From: Vulcanimicrobiota bacterium
GTDB lineage: Bacteria; Vulcanimicrobiota; Vulcanimicrobiia; Vulcanimicrobiales; Vulcanimicrobiaceae
Assembly (NCBI GenBank): GCA_963733295.1
Contig: CAVTCS010000003.1
Coordinates: forward strand, 256,001 to 320,000
Length of the DNA stretch: 64,000 bases
Direction of reading: 5' to 3'
In this document: one piece after another, positions 40,676-50,321 of the stretch
Layout: each line of letters begins with the position of its first letter
How positions within the stretch are numbered: the first letter of the stretch is position 1
Made by a program: the position numbers and the translations under genes
Notes under the pieces: model-generated
The model's database searches: none
What the model was told of the DNA's origin: nothing
The model's input: only the letters and a program-made list of their open reading frames with translations

Positions 40676-41256
40676 ATATTCCTCGGGGATCCCTGGATCA
40701 TACCAGGCGCCGGTTCTTCCACCGGCGCTAGAGAGGGCTTCGGAAGGGCCGCCTCGGCCGTCTCGATCTCTTTCTTGATATCGCTGCCCTTGTTGAGGAG
40801 CAATCGTGCCGTGCTTCCAGGCGGGACGTCGGCGGTGTCGAGCGCCTTCAGCGTGCCGAGGAATTTGAGAGCCGCGTCGTACGAAGCGCGAGCGTCACTA
40901 TACTTGTGCTGGTAGGCATAATAGTTGCCGACGCGTTGTTGGGCGCGAGCGAGCGCGAGGTGGGCATACAGCCGGAGCACCACGACGCCGTTCGCGTTTG
41001 CGTCTTGCGAGGCGCCGCCGAGCGCGCTACCGTGATCGTACGCGTCCGCGCACGCTTGGTAGACGCTGACCAATTGCAGTGCCGTCGACATCACTTCGGG
41101 AGTCGGTACGCTCGTCGACGCGTTCAAAGCGTTGAGATGCCGCGCGATGGGCGTTGCGTCCGAACATGCCGCGTCGGTGAACTGCGCGGGCCCCTCACTC
41201 GCCGCCGGCGCGGCGAGCGAGGCCAGCAGTGCCGCGAAAATGAGACCCCGATGCAT
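40672..41256 (-). CDS. Hypothetical exported helical (TPR-like) protein
   Basis: Signal peptide MHRGLIFAALLASLAAPA; one TPR-like helix pair. Confidence 0.55.
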
Positions 41257-41290
41257 GCGGTAGCCTTTTGCGGGCTCCCCGAAACGGCCC

Positions 41291-41320
41291 TTGCCGAACA
41301 TTCGTTCGGTGTGATATATT
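41291..41320 (+). promoter_or_regulatory. Sigma70-type promoter of rpsF-ssb
   Basis: TTGCCG-18 nt-TATATT with extended -10 TG. Confidence 0.6.
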
Positions 41321-41451
41321 AGGCGAGTTTTCCGGGCGGCTCTCGCCGCCCGGCACGCTCGTGCGGGGGCTCCCCGCGCACGGCCCGCTGCCCCCAAAAG
41401 GGGGCCGTTCGTCCTTGGTTTCGGGGACGACGTCCACAGAGGGATACGATC

Positions 41452-41748
41452 ATGCCGACGACCGACTACGAAGTCACGTACATCATCCGTCCGAACCTAG
41501 AAGAGACCGAGGTCGACACCCGGGTCGAGCAACTGGCCGAAACGCTGCGTCAAAACGGCGGCGAGGTGGTCGGTGAGATCGAGAAGATGGGCAAGCGGCG
41601 CCTCGCGTACGAGATCGATGACGTCCGCGAAGGCTTTTACGTGGTCATGAAGTTCAAGAGCGAACCGCCTGCGGCCAAAGAGCTGGAGCGGCAGATGCGC
41701 TTGAACGAAGACGTGATGCGCGCGCTCCTGATCAACCTCGACAGCTAA
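41452..41748 (+). CDS. rpsF: 30S ribosomal protein S6
   Basis: YEVTYIIRP, MGKRRLAYEI, EGFYVV. Confidence 0.97.
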   Translation: MPTTDYEVTYIIRPNLEETEVDTRVEQLAETLRQNGGEVVGEIEKMGKRRLAYEIDDVREGFYVVMKFKSEPPAAKELERQMRLNEDVMRALLINLDS

Positions 41749-41766
41749 GCCAACTCGGGAGGCTCC

Positions 41767-42204
41767 ATGGCCGGCAGCTACAATCGCATCGTTCTCGTCG
41801 GAAATCTGACGCGGGATCCTGAAATCCGCTACGTCGACGGCGGCGGAAAAGCCGTCACGAAATTCGCCATCGCCGTGAATCGCAAGACGAAGCAAGGCGA
41901 CGACACGATGTTCGTCGACATCGTCGCCTGGGATCGCCTGGGAGAGATCTGCAATCAGTACCTCAAGAAGGGGATGTCGACGCTAGTCGAAGGCCGGCTC
42001 GCGATTCGCAAGTACGACGATAAAGACGGCAACAAACGCACCGCCGTCGAGGTCGTCGCCAGCGACATGCAGATGCTCGACTCGAAAGGTCGGGGTGCCG
42101 GCGGCGACGGCGGCACGTACGGCGCCGCTACCGAAGCAGCGCCGCGCGCCGCGGGCGCGTCCGGATTCGCCGATGAGGCGGTCGAGGACGAGATCCCGTT
42201 CTGA
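41767..42204 (+). CDS. ssb: Single-stranded DNA-binding protein
   Basis: NRIVLVGNLTRDPEIRY, acidic EDEIPF tail. Confidence 0.98.
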   Translation: MAGSYNRIVLVGNLTRDPEIRYVDGGGKAVTKFAIAVNRKTKQGDDTMFVDIVAWDRLGEICNQYLKKGMSTLVEGRLAIRKYDDKDGNKRTAVEVVASDMQMLDSKGRGAGGDGGTYGAATEAAPRAAGASGFADEAVEDEIPF

Positions 42205-42208
42205 CATC

Positions 42209-42814
42209 GTGAAGGCCGCCGTTGTTTCGATCCTGATCGCGGCCGCTCTCTCGATCGCTTCGCTCGGCGCGACACCCGCCGGCGGCGCGACTTCGGCGAC
42301 CCCGGCCGCGCGGGATAGCAGCAAGGGCTTCGATTTTCTGTTCGGGACGTGGCGCACCCACTATCGGATTCTTCGAAAGCGACTGAGCAACAACCACGAG
42401 TGGTACTCGTGCGACGGCACCTCGGTCATCCGTCCCTTTTGGAGCGGCAGCGGCAATCTCGAAGACGGCGACCTTCACTGTCCGAACCGGTACATCGGCG
42501 GGATGACCTTGCGCCTCTACAACGCCGGCACGCATCAATGGTCGCTCTGGTGGGGGACCAAGACGCTTGGTTTGGTGCCGCCGCCGCAGGTCGGCCATTT
42601 CGATGCGCACGGCGTGGGTGAATTCTTCGCGCACGACACGAATGGCGGCAAACCCATCATCGTACGTTTCAAGTGGGCTTTGCAGCCCGGCGATCACCCT
42701 TATTTCGAGCAAGCGTTTTCAGCGGACAAGGGTAAGACGTGGGAAACGAATTGGACCACGGTCTACACCCGCGTCGCGCCTTCGACAAAAGGCGTGTGGA
42801 ACGCGGCGCCCTAG
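42209..42814 (+). CDS. Hypothetical exported protein (DUF1579-like)
   Basis: Signal peptide, FDFLFGTW..H.R.L, GMTLRLYN, EQAFSADKGKTWETNW. Confidence 0.7.
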   Translation: MKAAVVSILIAAALSIASLGATPAGGATSATPAARDSSKGFDFLFGTWRTHYRILRKRLSNNHEWYSCDGTSVIRPFWSGSGNLEDGDLHCPNRYIGGMTLRLYNAGTHQWSLWWGTKTLGLVPPPQVGHFDAHGVGEFFAHDTNGGKPIIVRFKWALQPGDHPYFEQAFSADKGKTWETNWTTVYTRVAPSTKGVWNAAP

Positions 42815-42894
42815 GCCAGCGAGTCGCCTTCCCAGAAGGTACGGCGGCGTTTGCATTCCCATCGCTGCATCACCAAGCTAGAGGAGAATACCCC

Positions 42895-43563
42895 ATGGCC
42901 CTGCGCATTGGAGACACCGCCCCCGACTTCGAAGCCGAAACGACCCAAGGCCATATAAACTTTCATTCCTGGCTTGGCGACTCGTGGGGAATTCTGTTTT
43001 CACATCCCAAGGACTTCACGCCGATCTGCACCACCGAGCTGGGTTACATGGCCAAGCTAAAACCCGAGTTCGACAAACGCAACGTGAAGATCATCGGTCT
43101 CAGCGTCGACCCGGTGGACCAGCACTCGCTCTGGGCTAAAGACATCGAGGAGACGCAGGGCTACGCGCCCACGTATCCGATGATCGGCGACTCGACCCTC
43201 GCCATCTCCAAGCTTTACGACATGCTGCCTGCGACGGCGGGCGACTCATCGCAGGGCCGCACGCCCGCCGACAACCAGACCGTCCGCAACGTTTTCGTCA
43301 TCGGACCCGACAAGAAAATCAAACTCTTCATTGCCTACCCGATGACCACCGGGCGCAACTTCGACGAGGTGCTCCGCGTGATCGACTCCTTGCAACTCAC
43401 TGCCAAACACCGGGTTGCGACGCCGGTCAATTGGAAGCAAGGCGAGGACGTGATCATTTCCGGCTCGGTATCCAATGACGAAGCGAAAAAGCTCTATCCG
43501 AATGGATGGAAAGAACCGAAGCCTTACATCCGCATCGTGCCGCAGCCGGCGACCTCCAAGTAG
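42895..43563 (+). CDS. 1-Cys peroxiredoxin (Prx6 family)
   Basis: LFSHPKDFTPICTTELG, YPMTTGRNFDEVLRVIDSLQ. Confidence 0.95.
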   Translation: MALRIGDTAPDFEAETTQGHINFHSWLGDSWGILFSHPKDFTPICTTELGYMAKLKPEFDKRNVKIIGLSVDPVDQHSLWAKDIEETQGYAPTYPMIGDSTLAISKLYDMLPATAGDSSQGRTPADNQTVRNVFVIGPDKKIKLFIAYPMTTGRNFDEVLRVIDSLQLTAKHRVATPVNWKQGEDVIISGSVSNDEAKKLYPNGWKEPKPYIRIVPQPATSK

Positions 43564-43577
43564 CGCGATAGTCGCGT

Positions 43578-44942
43578 CTACGCGCTCGTTTGGAAGCCGG
43601 CCTCGCGCCACGCGTCGATGCCTCCGGCGAGATTGACGACGTTCTTGAATCCGGAACGCTGGAGCAAGCTGCCGGCGATCGCACTGCGGTAGCCGCTCTT
43701 GCAGTAGACGCCGACGGCCGCTTCGCGGTCGAGATCGTCGATCGATGCGAGCAGACGGTTCAAGGGAAGATGCAGAGCGCCGGCCACGTGGCCGCTCGAC
43801 CATTCCGGGTCGCGGCGAACGTCGATCGTCCGTAAACCCGCTCGAACTCGCTCCGCGAAAGCGTTCGGCGCAATTTGCGCTAGCGTCGCAAGCGGCATTC
43901 CGGCGGCGGTCCAGGCGGCGATGCCGCCCCGGGCGTAGCCGATCGTGCGGTCGATCCCGACGCGCGAGAGCCGCATCCGTGCCTCCTTGACTGCGCGCTC
44001 GTCGGCCCCGAGGAGCACGATGTCGACTTGGAGCCCGACGACTTGTCCGGCCCACGATGCGAATTGCCCGTCGAGTCCGATGTTCACCGAGCCGGGAATG
44101 TGACCGGCGGCGAACGCGTCTTCGTCGCGTACGTCGATGACGAGAACCCCACGTCGCTGCGCCGCGGCGACCTGCGCCGGCTCGAATCCGTCGAGTTCGT
44201 GTAACTCGCTCAGCGGTGCAGCGCCCGAGCGGTTCATTTCGACATCGCTCGCGAAATAGGCGGGACGGTCGGGCAAATCGCTCGCCATGAGCTCGACGAA
44301 CGCCGCCTTGTCGGCGATCTTCAGGGCGTAGTTCGAGGCCCTTTCCCGGCCGATCGTCGAACTGCGGTCGTCGCTCATCGCCCGCCCGCAGAGCGATCCC
44401 GCTCCATGCGCCGGGAACACGAGCACGTCGTCGGGCAGCCGAAGTAACTTCTCATGAAGGCTATCGTAGAGAAGTGCGGCCAGTTCGCGAGGCTCTCCGC
44501 CGAGATCCGGCCGGCCGACGTCACCGATAAAGAGCGTGTCGCCGGTGAAGACCGCGTACGGTTCGGACGAACGCTGTTCGTCGGTCAGCACGATGCTTAC
44601 GCTCTCGACCGTGTGCCCGGGCGTTTCGTAAAATGTGAGTTTGCACGCACCGACCCGGAGTTCGTCGCCGTCGCGGACCGGGATGTGAGGGAATCCGGCG
44701 CCGGCCTTCGCACCGAGGTATACGCGTGCTCCGGTCCGCTCGGCAAGCTCGCGGTGTCCGGACACGAAATCGGCGTGGAGATGCGTCTCGATGACGTACT
44801 TGATCGTGAAGCCGCGATCGCGGGCTTCGTCTAAGTACTGTTCGATGTCACGTTGGGGATCGATGACGGCGGCTTCGCCCTCGGAGCCGATGAAATAGGA
44901 CGCGTGTGCCAAGCAGCTGAGGAAGAACTGCTGAAAGTGCAT
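43578..44942 (-). CDS. MBL-fold persulfide dioxygenase-like protein fused to two rhodanese domains (CstB/Blh-like)
   Basis: ETHLHADFVSG, TPGHT, FTGDTLF, PAHGAGSLCG, C-terminal rhodanese YCKSGYRS. Confidence 0.9.
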   Translation of the reverse strand: MHFQQFFLSCLAHASYFIGSEGEAAVIDPQRDIEQYLDEARDRGFTIKYVIETHLHADFVSGHRELAERTGARVYLGAKAGAGFPHIPVRDGDELRVGACKLTFYETPGHTVESVSIVLTDEQRSSEPYAVFTGDTLFIGDVGRPDLGGEPRELAALLYDSLHEKLLRLPDDVLVFPAHGAGSLCGRAMSDDRSSTIGRERASNYALKIADKAAFVELMASDLPDRPAYFASDVEMNRSGAAPLSELHELDGFEPAQVAAAQRRGVLVIDVRDEDAFAAGHIPGSVNIGLDGQFASWAGQVVGLQVDIVLLGADERAVKEARMRLSRVGIDRTIGYARGGIAAWTAAGMPLATLAQIAPNAFAERVRAGLRTIDVRRDPEWSSGHVAGALHLPLNRLLASIDDLDREAAVGVYCKSGYRSAIAGSLLQRSGFKNVVNLAGGIDAWREAGFQTSA

Positions 44943-45066
44943 TTGACGCCCCCTCTCAAAGAGTACGTTTCTTCGTCGGGAGAACCGAGCATCTCCTCGC
45001 CGTCGAAGCAGCGGCGTCGCTCCATGGGAAGGTGACGCAGCTCTCGGGACAAATGCAAACGCCCGC

Positions 45067-46719
45067 ATGATCACCGCCGAGGATCTCCGCGCGGTTGCGC
45101 TGTTCGCTGCCGTGCCGTACGCCGACCTCGAGCGACTCGCGCGCGTTGCGGCCGATCTGCAGATCCCCGCCGGGGAATATGCGGTCAACGAGGGAGATCC
45201 ACGCGCGCTGTACGTCGTGCTCGAGGGGAGCGCCGCTGTGACGAAGATGGTCGCAGGGGTGGAACGGACCGTCGGCGTGCGCGGGCCGGGCGAAGTGTTC
45301 GGGGAAGTGCCCGTCGTACTCGGGACACCGGTGCTCGCGAGTCTGCGCGCGACGACGGCGTGCAGGATCGTGCGAATCGATCCCCGCGAGATTCACGTGC
45401 TCTCGGCTGCCGTCCCAGAGGTCTCGGAGATGCTCGGCGCGTTGGCGCGCGACCGGATCGAGGGGTTGCAAGATATCACCAACGAACAGCCGGAGCCGCT
45501 CGCGTGCGTGCTAGGCGCGCGCTGGGACGATCGATGTTACAAGCTCCGCGCGTTTCTGGAGCACAACCTGGTGCAGTTCGAGTGGGTCATTGCGGGAGAA
45601 CCGTCGCCCGACCGGTTTGCCGCCGACCTGGCAGCCGTTGCGGAGCGCCTCCCGGCCGTGCGCATCCGCGAGGGTCCGCTGCTGATACAGCCCGACCTCC
45701 GCGAACTGGCGCGCGCGCTGTCGTTGTCGACCGACCCGCAACATGTCGACTACGACGTGGCGATCGTGGGTGGTGGACCCGCCGGCCTTGCGGCGTCAGT
45801 CTACGGCGCGTCGGAGGGGCTGCGCACGGTGATGATCGAGCGCGAAGCTCCCGGTGGCCAAGCTGCGACGTCGTCGCGCATCGAGAACTACCTCGGCTTC
45901 CCGACCGGCGTCTCGGGCGAAGAACTCGCCGCGCGTGCGCTGCAACAGGCAAAGCGGTTCGGTGCCGAGATCGTCGTTACGCGCCGGGTCACGTGCATCG
46001 ACCCGGCAAGTCGTTCGATCGAACTCGACGGGGACGTGATCGTGCGCGCAAAGACCATCATCCTTGCAACCGGCGTCGCCTGGCGACGCCTGACGATTGA
46101 GTCGTGCGACCGGTTGATCGGCCGAGGCGTCTACTACGGTGCGGCCCGCAGCGAAGCACCCGGCACGCAGGGAGAAGACGTCTATTTGATCGGTGCCGGC
46201 AACTCGGCGGGACAAGCGGCTCTGTATTTCTCGACCTACGCTCGCCGCGTCGCGCTCGTCGTCCGAGGTGACGACCTCGCCAAGAGTATGTCGTATTATC
46301 TTATCCAACAGCTCGAGCAACGCGAAAACGTCGACGTGCTCTTGGGCTGTGAAGTCGTCTCGGTGCAAGGAGACGAGCATCTCGAATCGATCGATATTCG
46401 CCGGTTGAACGAGGGCGAGAGATTCAGGCGCGAGACGACCGGTCTGTTCGCGTTTATCGGAGCCGACGCGGAGACGGACTGGATGCCGCGCGAGGTCTTG
46501 CGCGACGACAAAGGCTACGTTCTGACAGGACCGGATGTCCGAGGCAATGCCGCGTGGCCGCTCGAGCGGCCGCCCTATCTGCTCGAGACGAACGCGCCTG
46601 GAGTCTTCGCCTGCGGAGACGTCCGTCACGGCTCGATCAAACGCGTCGCCTCGGGCGTCGGCGAGGGCAGCATGGCGATTGCGTTCGTGCACCAGTACCT
46701 GAACGAAACCGGACGGTAA
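45067..46719 (+). CDS. cNMP-binding domain FAD-dependent thioredoxin-reductase-like oxidoreductase
   Basis: N-terminal CAP/cNMP domain (GPGEVFGE), GGGPAG, SSRIENYLGFP, GAGNSAGQ, GDVRHGSIKRVASGVGEG. Confidence 0.9.
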   Translation: MITAEDLRAVALFAAVPYADLERLARVAADLQIPAGEYAVNEGDPRALYVVLEGSAAVTKMVAGVERTVGVRGPGEVFGEVPVVLGTPVLASLRATTACRIVRIDPREIHVLSAAVPEVSEMLGALARDRIEGLQDITNEQPEPLACVLGARWDDRCYKLRAFLEHNLVQFEWVIAGEPSPDRFAADLAAVAERLPAVRIREGPLLIQPDLRELARALSLSTDPQHVDYDVAIVGGGPAGLAASVYGASEGLRTVMIEREAPGGQAATSSRIENYLGFPTGVSGEELAARALQQAKRFGAEIVVTRRVTCIDPASRSIELDGDVIVRAKTIILATGVAWRRLTIESCDRLIGRGVYYGAARSEAPGTQGEDVYLIGAGNSAGQAALYFSTYARRVALVVRGDDLAKSMSYYLIQQLEQRENVDVLLGCEVVSVQGDEHLESIDIRRLNEGERFRRETTGLFAFIGADAETDWMPREVLRDDKGYVLTGPDVRGNAAWPLERPPYLLETNAPGVFACGDVRHGSIKRVASGVGEGSMAIAFVHQYLNETGR

Positions 46720-46785
46720 CGCGCAGGTACGGGCGCGTACGGTCCGTGAAGAAACGTTCCCCTGACCAGGATGAGGGCCGGCGGG

Positions 46786-47112
46786 ATGACGGACAACCAC
46801 GATGTCGGCGGGAGAGGCTCGGACGCGCCGATCCCGCGCAAGGAACACGCGTTTCTCCCTTGGGAGTTCCGCGTCGAGGCTTTGAGGGAAGCGCTCACCG
46901 ATCCCAAGCGCCCAGGCGGCCAGCGGATGACGGTCGACGAGATGCGACGCGGCATCGAAGCGCTTAGCGCGGAAGAGTACTACAATCTGAACTTCTACGG
47001 GAAGTGGCTGCGCTCGATGATTGCACTCTTCAGCGAACGCGATCTCGTCGAGCGAGCGCAGATCGAGCGCCGCGCCGCGGAACTCGCCGCCGAGCACGAG
47101 CACGAGCATTGA
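46786..47112 (+). CDS. Nitrile hydratase beta N-terminal half / thiocyanate hydrolase beta-subunit-like
   Basis: HDVGG, PWEFRVEAL, DEMRRGIEAL..EEY....FYGKW. Confidence 0.85.
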   Translation: MTDNHDVGGRGSDAPIPRKEHAFLPWEFRVEALREALTDPKRPGGQRMTVDEMRRGIEALSAEEYYNLNFYGKWLRSMIALFSERDLVERAQIERRAAELAAEHEHEH

Positions 47113-47402
47113 GCGAGCGCCGGTTTGAGCCGGGCGATGCCGTCCGCGTCTCATGCCGAGATCATACGGGTCACATGCGAACTCCGAAGTATATCCGGGG
47201 AAAGCGCGGCGTCGTCGAACGCGTTTGCGGCGCCTTCCTCAATCCCGAAGAGCTCGCCTACGGCCGTCGCAACGGGCCGGTCGCTCATCTCTATCGCGTC
47301 CGTTTTTCGCAGCGCGAGGTCTGGCCCGACTACGCCGGCCCCGCCGGCGACACGCTCGATGTCGAGATCTACGAGCATTGGCTCCAGCCGGAGGGAACAT
47401 GA
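47109..47402 (+). CDS. Nitrile hydratase beta C-terminal SH3-like half / thiocyanate hydrolase alpha-subunit-like
   Basis: RFEPGDAVRV, GHMRTPKYIRGKRGVV, LYRVRF....VWPDY, DVEIYEHWL; TTG overlaps the upstream stop. Confidence 0.88.
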   Translation: MSERRFEPGDAVRVSCRDHTGHMRTPKYIRGKRGVVERVCGAFLNPEELAYGRRNGPVAHLYRVRFSQREVWPDYAGPAGDTLDVEIYEHWLQPEGT

Positions 47403-47980
47403 GCGTCACGCACGAGCACGTTGACCGGAGCGACGAGTTCCTCGAACAAGCCTTTCGCGAAGCGCTGATTGCAGCCGGAGTCCTCACGCAAGCCGAGGTC
47501 GACGCGAAGGTGGAGTTGTTGTACTCGCGTCAACCCGCTCTGGGCGGCCGCGTCGTGGTGCGCGCTTGGTTCGATCCCGCATTCCGGGCGCGCCTTTTGG
47601 CTGACGGAAGTGCGGGCGTCCGCGAACTCGGAATCGAGGTCGGGGCGCTCAAGCTCGTCATCGTCGAGAATACGCCGCAGGTCCACAACCTGATCGTCTG
47701 CACCTTGTGCTCGTGCTATCCTCGGATGCTGCTCGGCCTGCCGCCGGACTGGTACAAGAGCATCGAATACCGATCGAGAGCCGTGCGCGAGCCGCGTGCC
47801 GTCCTCGCCGAGTTCGGCGTGCAGCTCGCTTCCGGCAGAGCCGTGCGCGTTCACGACAGCACCGCCGACATGCGGTACCTCGTTCTTCCGATGCGGCCGC
47901 CCGGTACGGACGACTTAAGCGAAGAGCGTCTCCAGGCGATGGTCACGCGCGACGGCATGATCGGCACCTCAGAGCTCTAG
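47399..47980 (+). CDS. nthA: Co-type nitrile hydratase alpha / thiocyanate hydrolase gamma subunit
   Basis: Metal-binding VCTLCSCYPR, YRSRAVREPRAVLAEFG, DSTADMRYLVLPMRP. Confidence 0.92.
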   Translation: MSVTHEHVDRSDEFLEQAFREALIAAGVLTQAEVDAKVELLYSRQPALGGRVVVRAWFDPAFRARLLADGSAGVRELGIEVGALKLVIVENTPQVHNLIVCTLCSCYPRMLLGLPPDWYKSIEYRSRAVREPRAVLAEFGVQLASGRAVRVHDSTADMRYLVLPMRPPGTDDLSEERLQAMVTRDGMIGTSEL

Positions 47981-48033
47981 GACGGCGGTTCGAGAAGCGC
48001 GAATACGTCGGGGTGTCCGCGTAGAGGTGCACT

Positions 48034-49224
48034 ATGAACCGTCACCGTTTTCTCGCTGCCGCCGGGAGCGCTCTCGGCGCGGCATTGCCTCTGGCGTCGC
48101 TCGCCGAGCAAAGCGTTTCGTTGCCGATGGCCAACGGCGAACGACCCGTCGTCGCCTTCCCTCAGAAGCGGCCTTTGATTCTCCTGACACCACGGCCACC
48201 GCAGCTCGAGACGCCCTTTTCAGTCTTCGATGACGGTGAGTTCACGCCGAACGATGCGTTCTTCGTGCGCTGGCATCTCGCGGGCATCCCGACGACCGTC
48301 GACGCCGCGACGCACCGCATCGCCGTTACCGGAGCGGTCCGGCAGACGTTGTCGCTTTCTCTCAACGACCTCGCGGGGATGCCGCAGGTCGAAATCGCGG
48401 CGGTCAACCAGTGCTCGGGCAACAGCCGCGGTCTGTTCGCTCCACGGGTCGCCGGGGGTCAATGGGACAACGGCGCGATGGGCAACGCTCGCTGGACCGG
48501 CGTGCGCCTGCGCGACATCCTCGCTCGCGCCGGAGTGACGTCGAGTGCGAAGCAAGTGCAGTTCCAGGGACTCGAGCAGCCGATTTTGCCGACGACGCCG
48601 GCGTTTCGCAAATCGCTTGACCTCGACGTCGCGCGTCAAGACGACGTCGTCGTCGCGTATTTGATGAACGATGCGCCGATGCCGTTGTTGAACGGCTACC
48701 CTGTCCGCCTCGTCGTGCCGGGCTGGTTTGCGACGTATTGGGTCAAGATGCTCTCGACAATCACGGTTCTCGACCACACCGATGACAATTTCTGGATGAA
48801 GACCGCCTATCGGATACCGGCGACGCCGGGAAACACCGTGGCGCCGACCGATACCGGTTACCCTACGATTCCGATCAATCGAATGCGGGTGCGTTCCTTT
48901 GTCACGAACGTCAGCGCCGGCGAGAAACTCTCGGCCGGGCGCCGGCCGCTGCGCGGTATAGCGTTCGACGGCGGCAGCGGGATCAAGAGCGTCGAAGTTT
49001 CGAGCGATGGCGGGACCTCTTGGCGCGCGGCAACGCTCGAAAAAGACTACGGGAAATTCGCCTTCCGTAGATGGAACGCAGACTGGGAGGCGGCCGTGGG
49101 CAAGTATACTCTCGCCGTTCGAGCGACGTCGAATGACGGCGAGGTGCAAACGACGACTCCCGTTTGGAATCCCGGCGGCTACCTGCGCAACAACATCGAG
49201 ACCTACGAGGTGACGGTCGCGTGA
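48034..49224 (+). CDS. sorA: Sulfite oxidase-family molybdoenzyme (SorA-like), probably Tat-exported
   Basis: RPPQLETP, TPNDAFFVRWH, Mo-ligand QCSGNSR, GAMGNARWTGV, NGYPVRLVVPG, WNPGGYLRN. Confidence 0.88.
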   Translation: MNRHRFLAAAGSALGAALPLASLAEQSVSLPMANGERPVVAFPQKRPLILLTPRPPQLETPFSVFDDGEFTPNDAFFVRWHLAGIPTTVDAATHRIAVTGAVRQTLSLSLNDLAGMPQVEIAAVNQCSGNSRGLFAPRVAGGQWDNGAMGNARWTGVRLRDILARAGVTSSAKQVQFQGLEQPILPTTPAFRKSLDLDVARQDDVVVAYLMNDAPMPLLNGYPVRLVVPGWFATYWVKMLSTITVLDHTDDNFWMKTAYRIPATPGNTVAPTDTGYPTIPINRMRVRSFVTNVSAGEKLSAGRRPLRGIAFDGGSGIKSVEVSSDGGTSWRAATLEKDYGKFAFRRWNADWEAAVGKYTLAVRATSNDGEVQTTTPVWNPGGYLRNNIETYEVTVA

Positions 49225-49550
49225 AACGCTTAGCCCTCGCTCTATCGCTGCTCGCAATCGTGGCAGCAGCCGCATACGCGGCCCCGCCCGCACCACCCAC
49301 GGCAACGGTCAGCATCCAACTTCCGGGTGACGCCGGGATGGCGTTTAAGCCGGGTCCCGGCCTCGCCGTCGTGCAGGCGAACTGCCTCGTGTGTCACTCA
49401 TCCGCATACGTCAGCATTCAGCCCGTTTTTAGCCGCGCTCAGTGGACCGCCGAGGTGACGAAGATGAAGACCGTTTACGGCGCGTCCATCGCCGACGATG
49501 CGTTCGCTCCGATCGTCGACTATCTCGTCAGCGAATACGGCAAACCGTAA
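49221..49550 (+). CDS. sorB: Monoheme cytochrome c (SorB-like)
   Basis: Signal peptide, NCLVCHS heme motif, W.AEVTKM...YGA; translationally coupled to the sorA-like gene. Confidence 0.88.
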   Translation: MKRLALALSLLAIVAAAAYAAPPAPPTATVSIQLPGDAGMAFKPGPGLAVVQANCLVCHSSAYVSIQPVFSRAQWTAEVTKMKTVYGASIADDAFAPIVDYLVSEYGKP

Positions 49551-49638
49551 GAGCGGATCGTGGGCTCCTCGAAAGAAGTGACCGGCAACCGCTAGGCCGG
49601 TAGGGGACAAAGCAGGCGTTGGTAAGAACCGGCCTGCC

Positions 49639-50298
49639 ATGATGATTCGAACGATTCTCGGTGCCGCGTGCGCCGCGCTTGCGCTCGCAGCGTTCGTACC
49701 TGCGGCGGCCCAAACACCTGCCGCTTCGCTGTTCGGCAGGAACCTCGTCGTCAACGGGAACGCCGAAGCCGACACCGGATCCCCCGACGCCACTCAAATC
49801 GTGAAGCCCAGCGACTGGACGACGACCGGTCAATTCACCGTCGTCCAATATGGGGCCAGCGGTGGTTTCCCCGACAAGTCAGCGCCCGGTCCCGCCGATC
49901 GCGGCAAGAACTTTTTCGCCGGCGGCAACGCGGCCCTGTCGACCGCGACACAGACGATCGATCTGAGCTCGGGCGCGGAGGCGATCGACGCTGGTTCGGT
50001 CACGTACGCGCTCTCCGGGTGGCTCGGTGGTTACAGCAACCAGGATGACGACGTGCAAGTTACGGTCGCGTTCTTGAACGAGAGCGGCGGCAAGCTTAGC
50101 GGCAGCGCGCAGGTCGGCCCCCTCAAAGCGGCCGATCGCAAGGGCGTCACCGGGATCTTCCTGCGCTCGACGACGGGAGCGGTTCCCGCCCACGCCCGCT
50201 CGGCGCGCGTCACCCTCACCGTGACGCGATACGACGGCGAGTACAATGACGGCTACTCGGACGATATCTCGCTCGTGCTCAAAAAGAAGGGTGCCTAG
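49639..50298 (+). CDS. Hypothetical exported protein (carbohydrate-binding/jelly-roll-like)
   Basis: Signal peptide, NLVVNGNAE, QTIDLS, LSGWLGGY, YNDGYSDDISL. Confidence 0.6.
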   Translation: MMIRTILGAACAALALAAFVPAAAQTPAASLFGRNLVVNGNAEADTGSPDATQIVKPSDWTTTGQFTVVQYGASGGFPDKSAPGPADRGKNFFAGGNAALSTATQTIDLSSGAEAIDAGSVTYALSGWLGGYSNQDDDVQVTVAFLNESGGKLSGSAQVGPLKAADRKGVTGIFLRSTTGAVPAHARSARVTLTVTRYDGEYNDGYSDDISLVLKKKGA

Positions 50299-50321
50299 CC
50301 GCCAAACCGGGAGAACGAATG

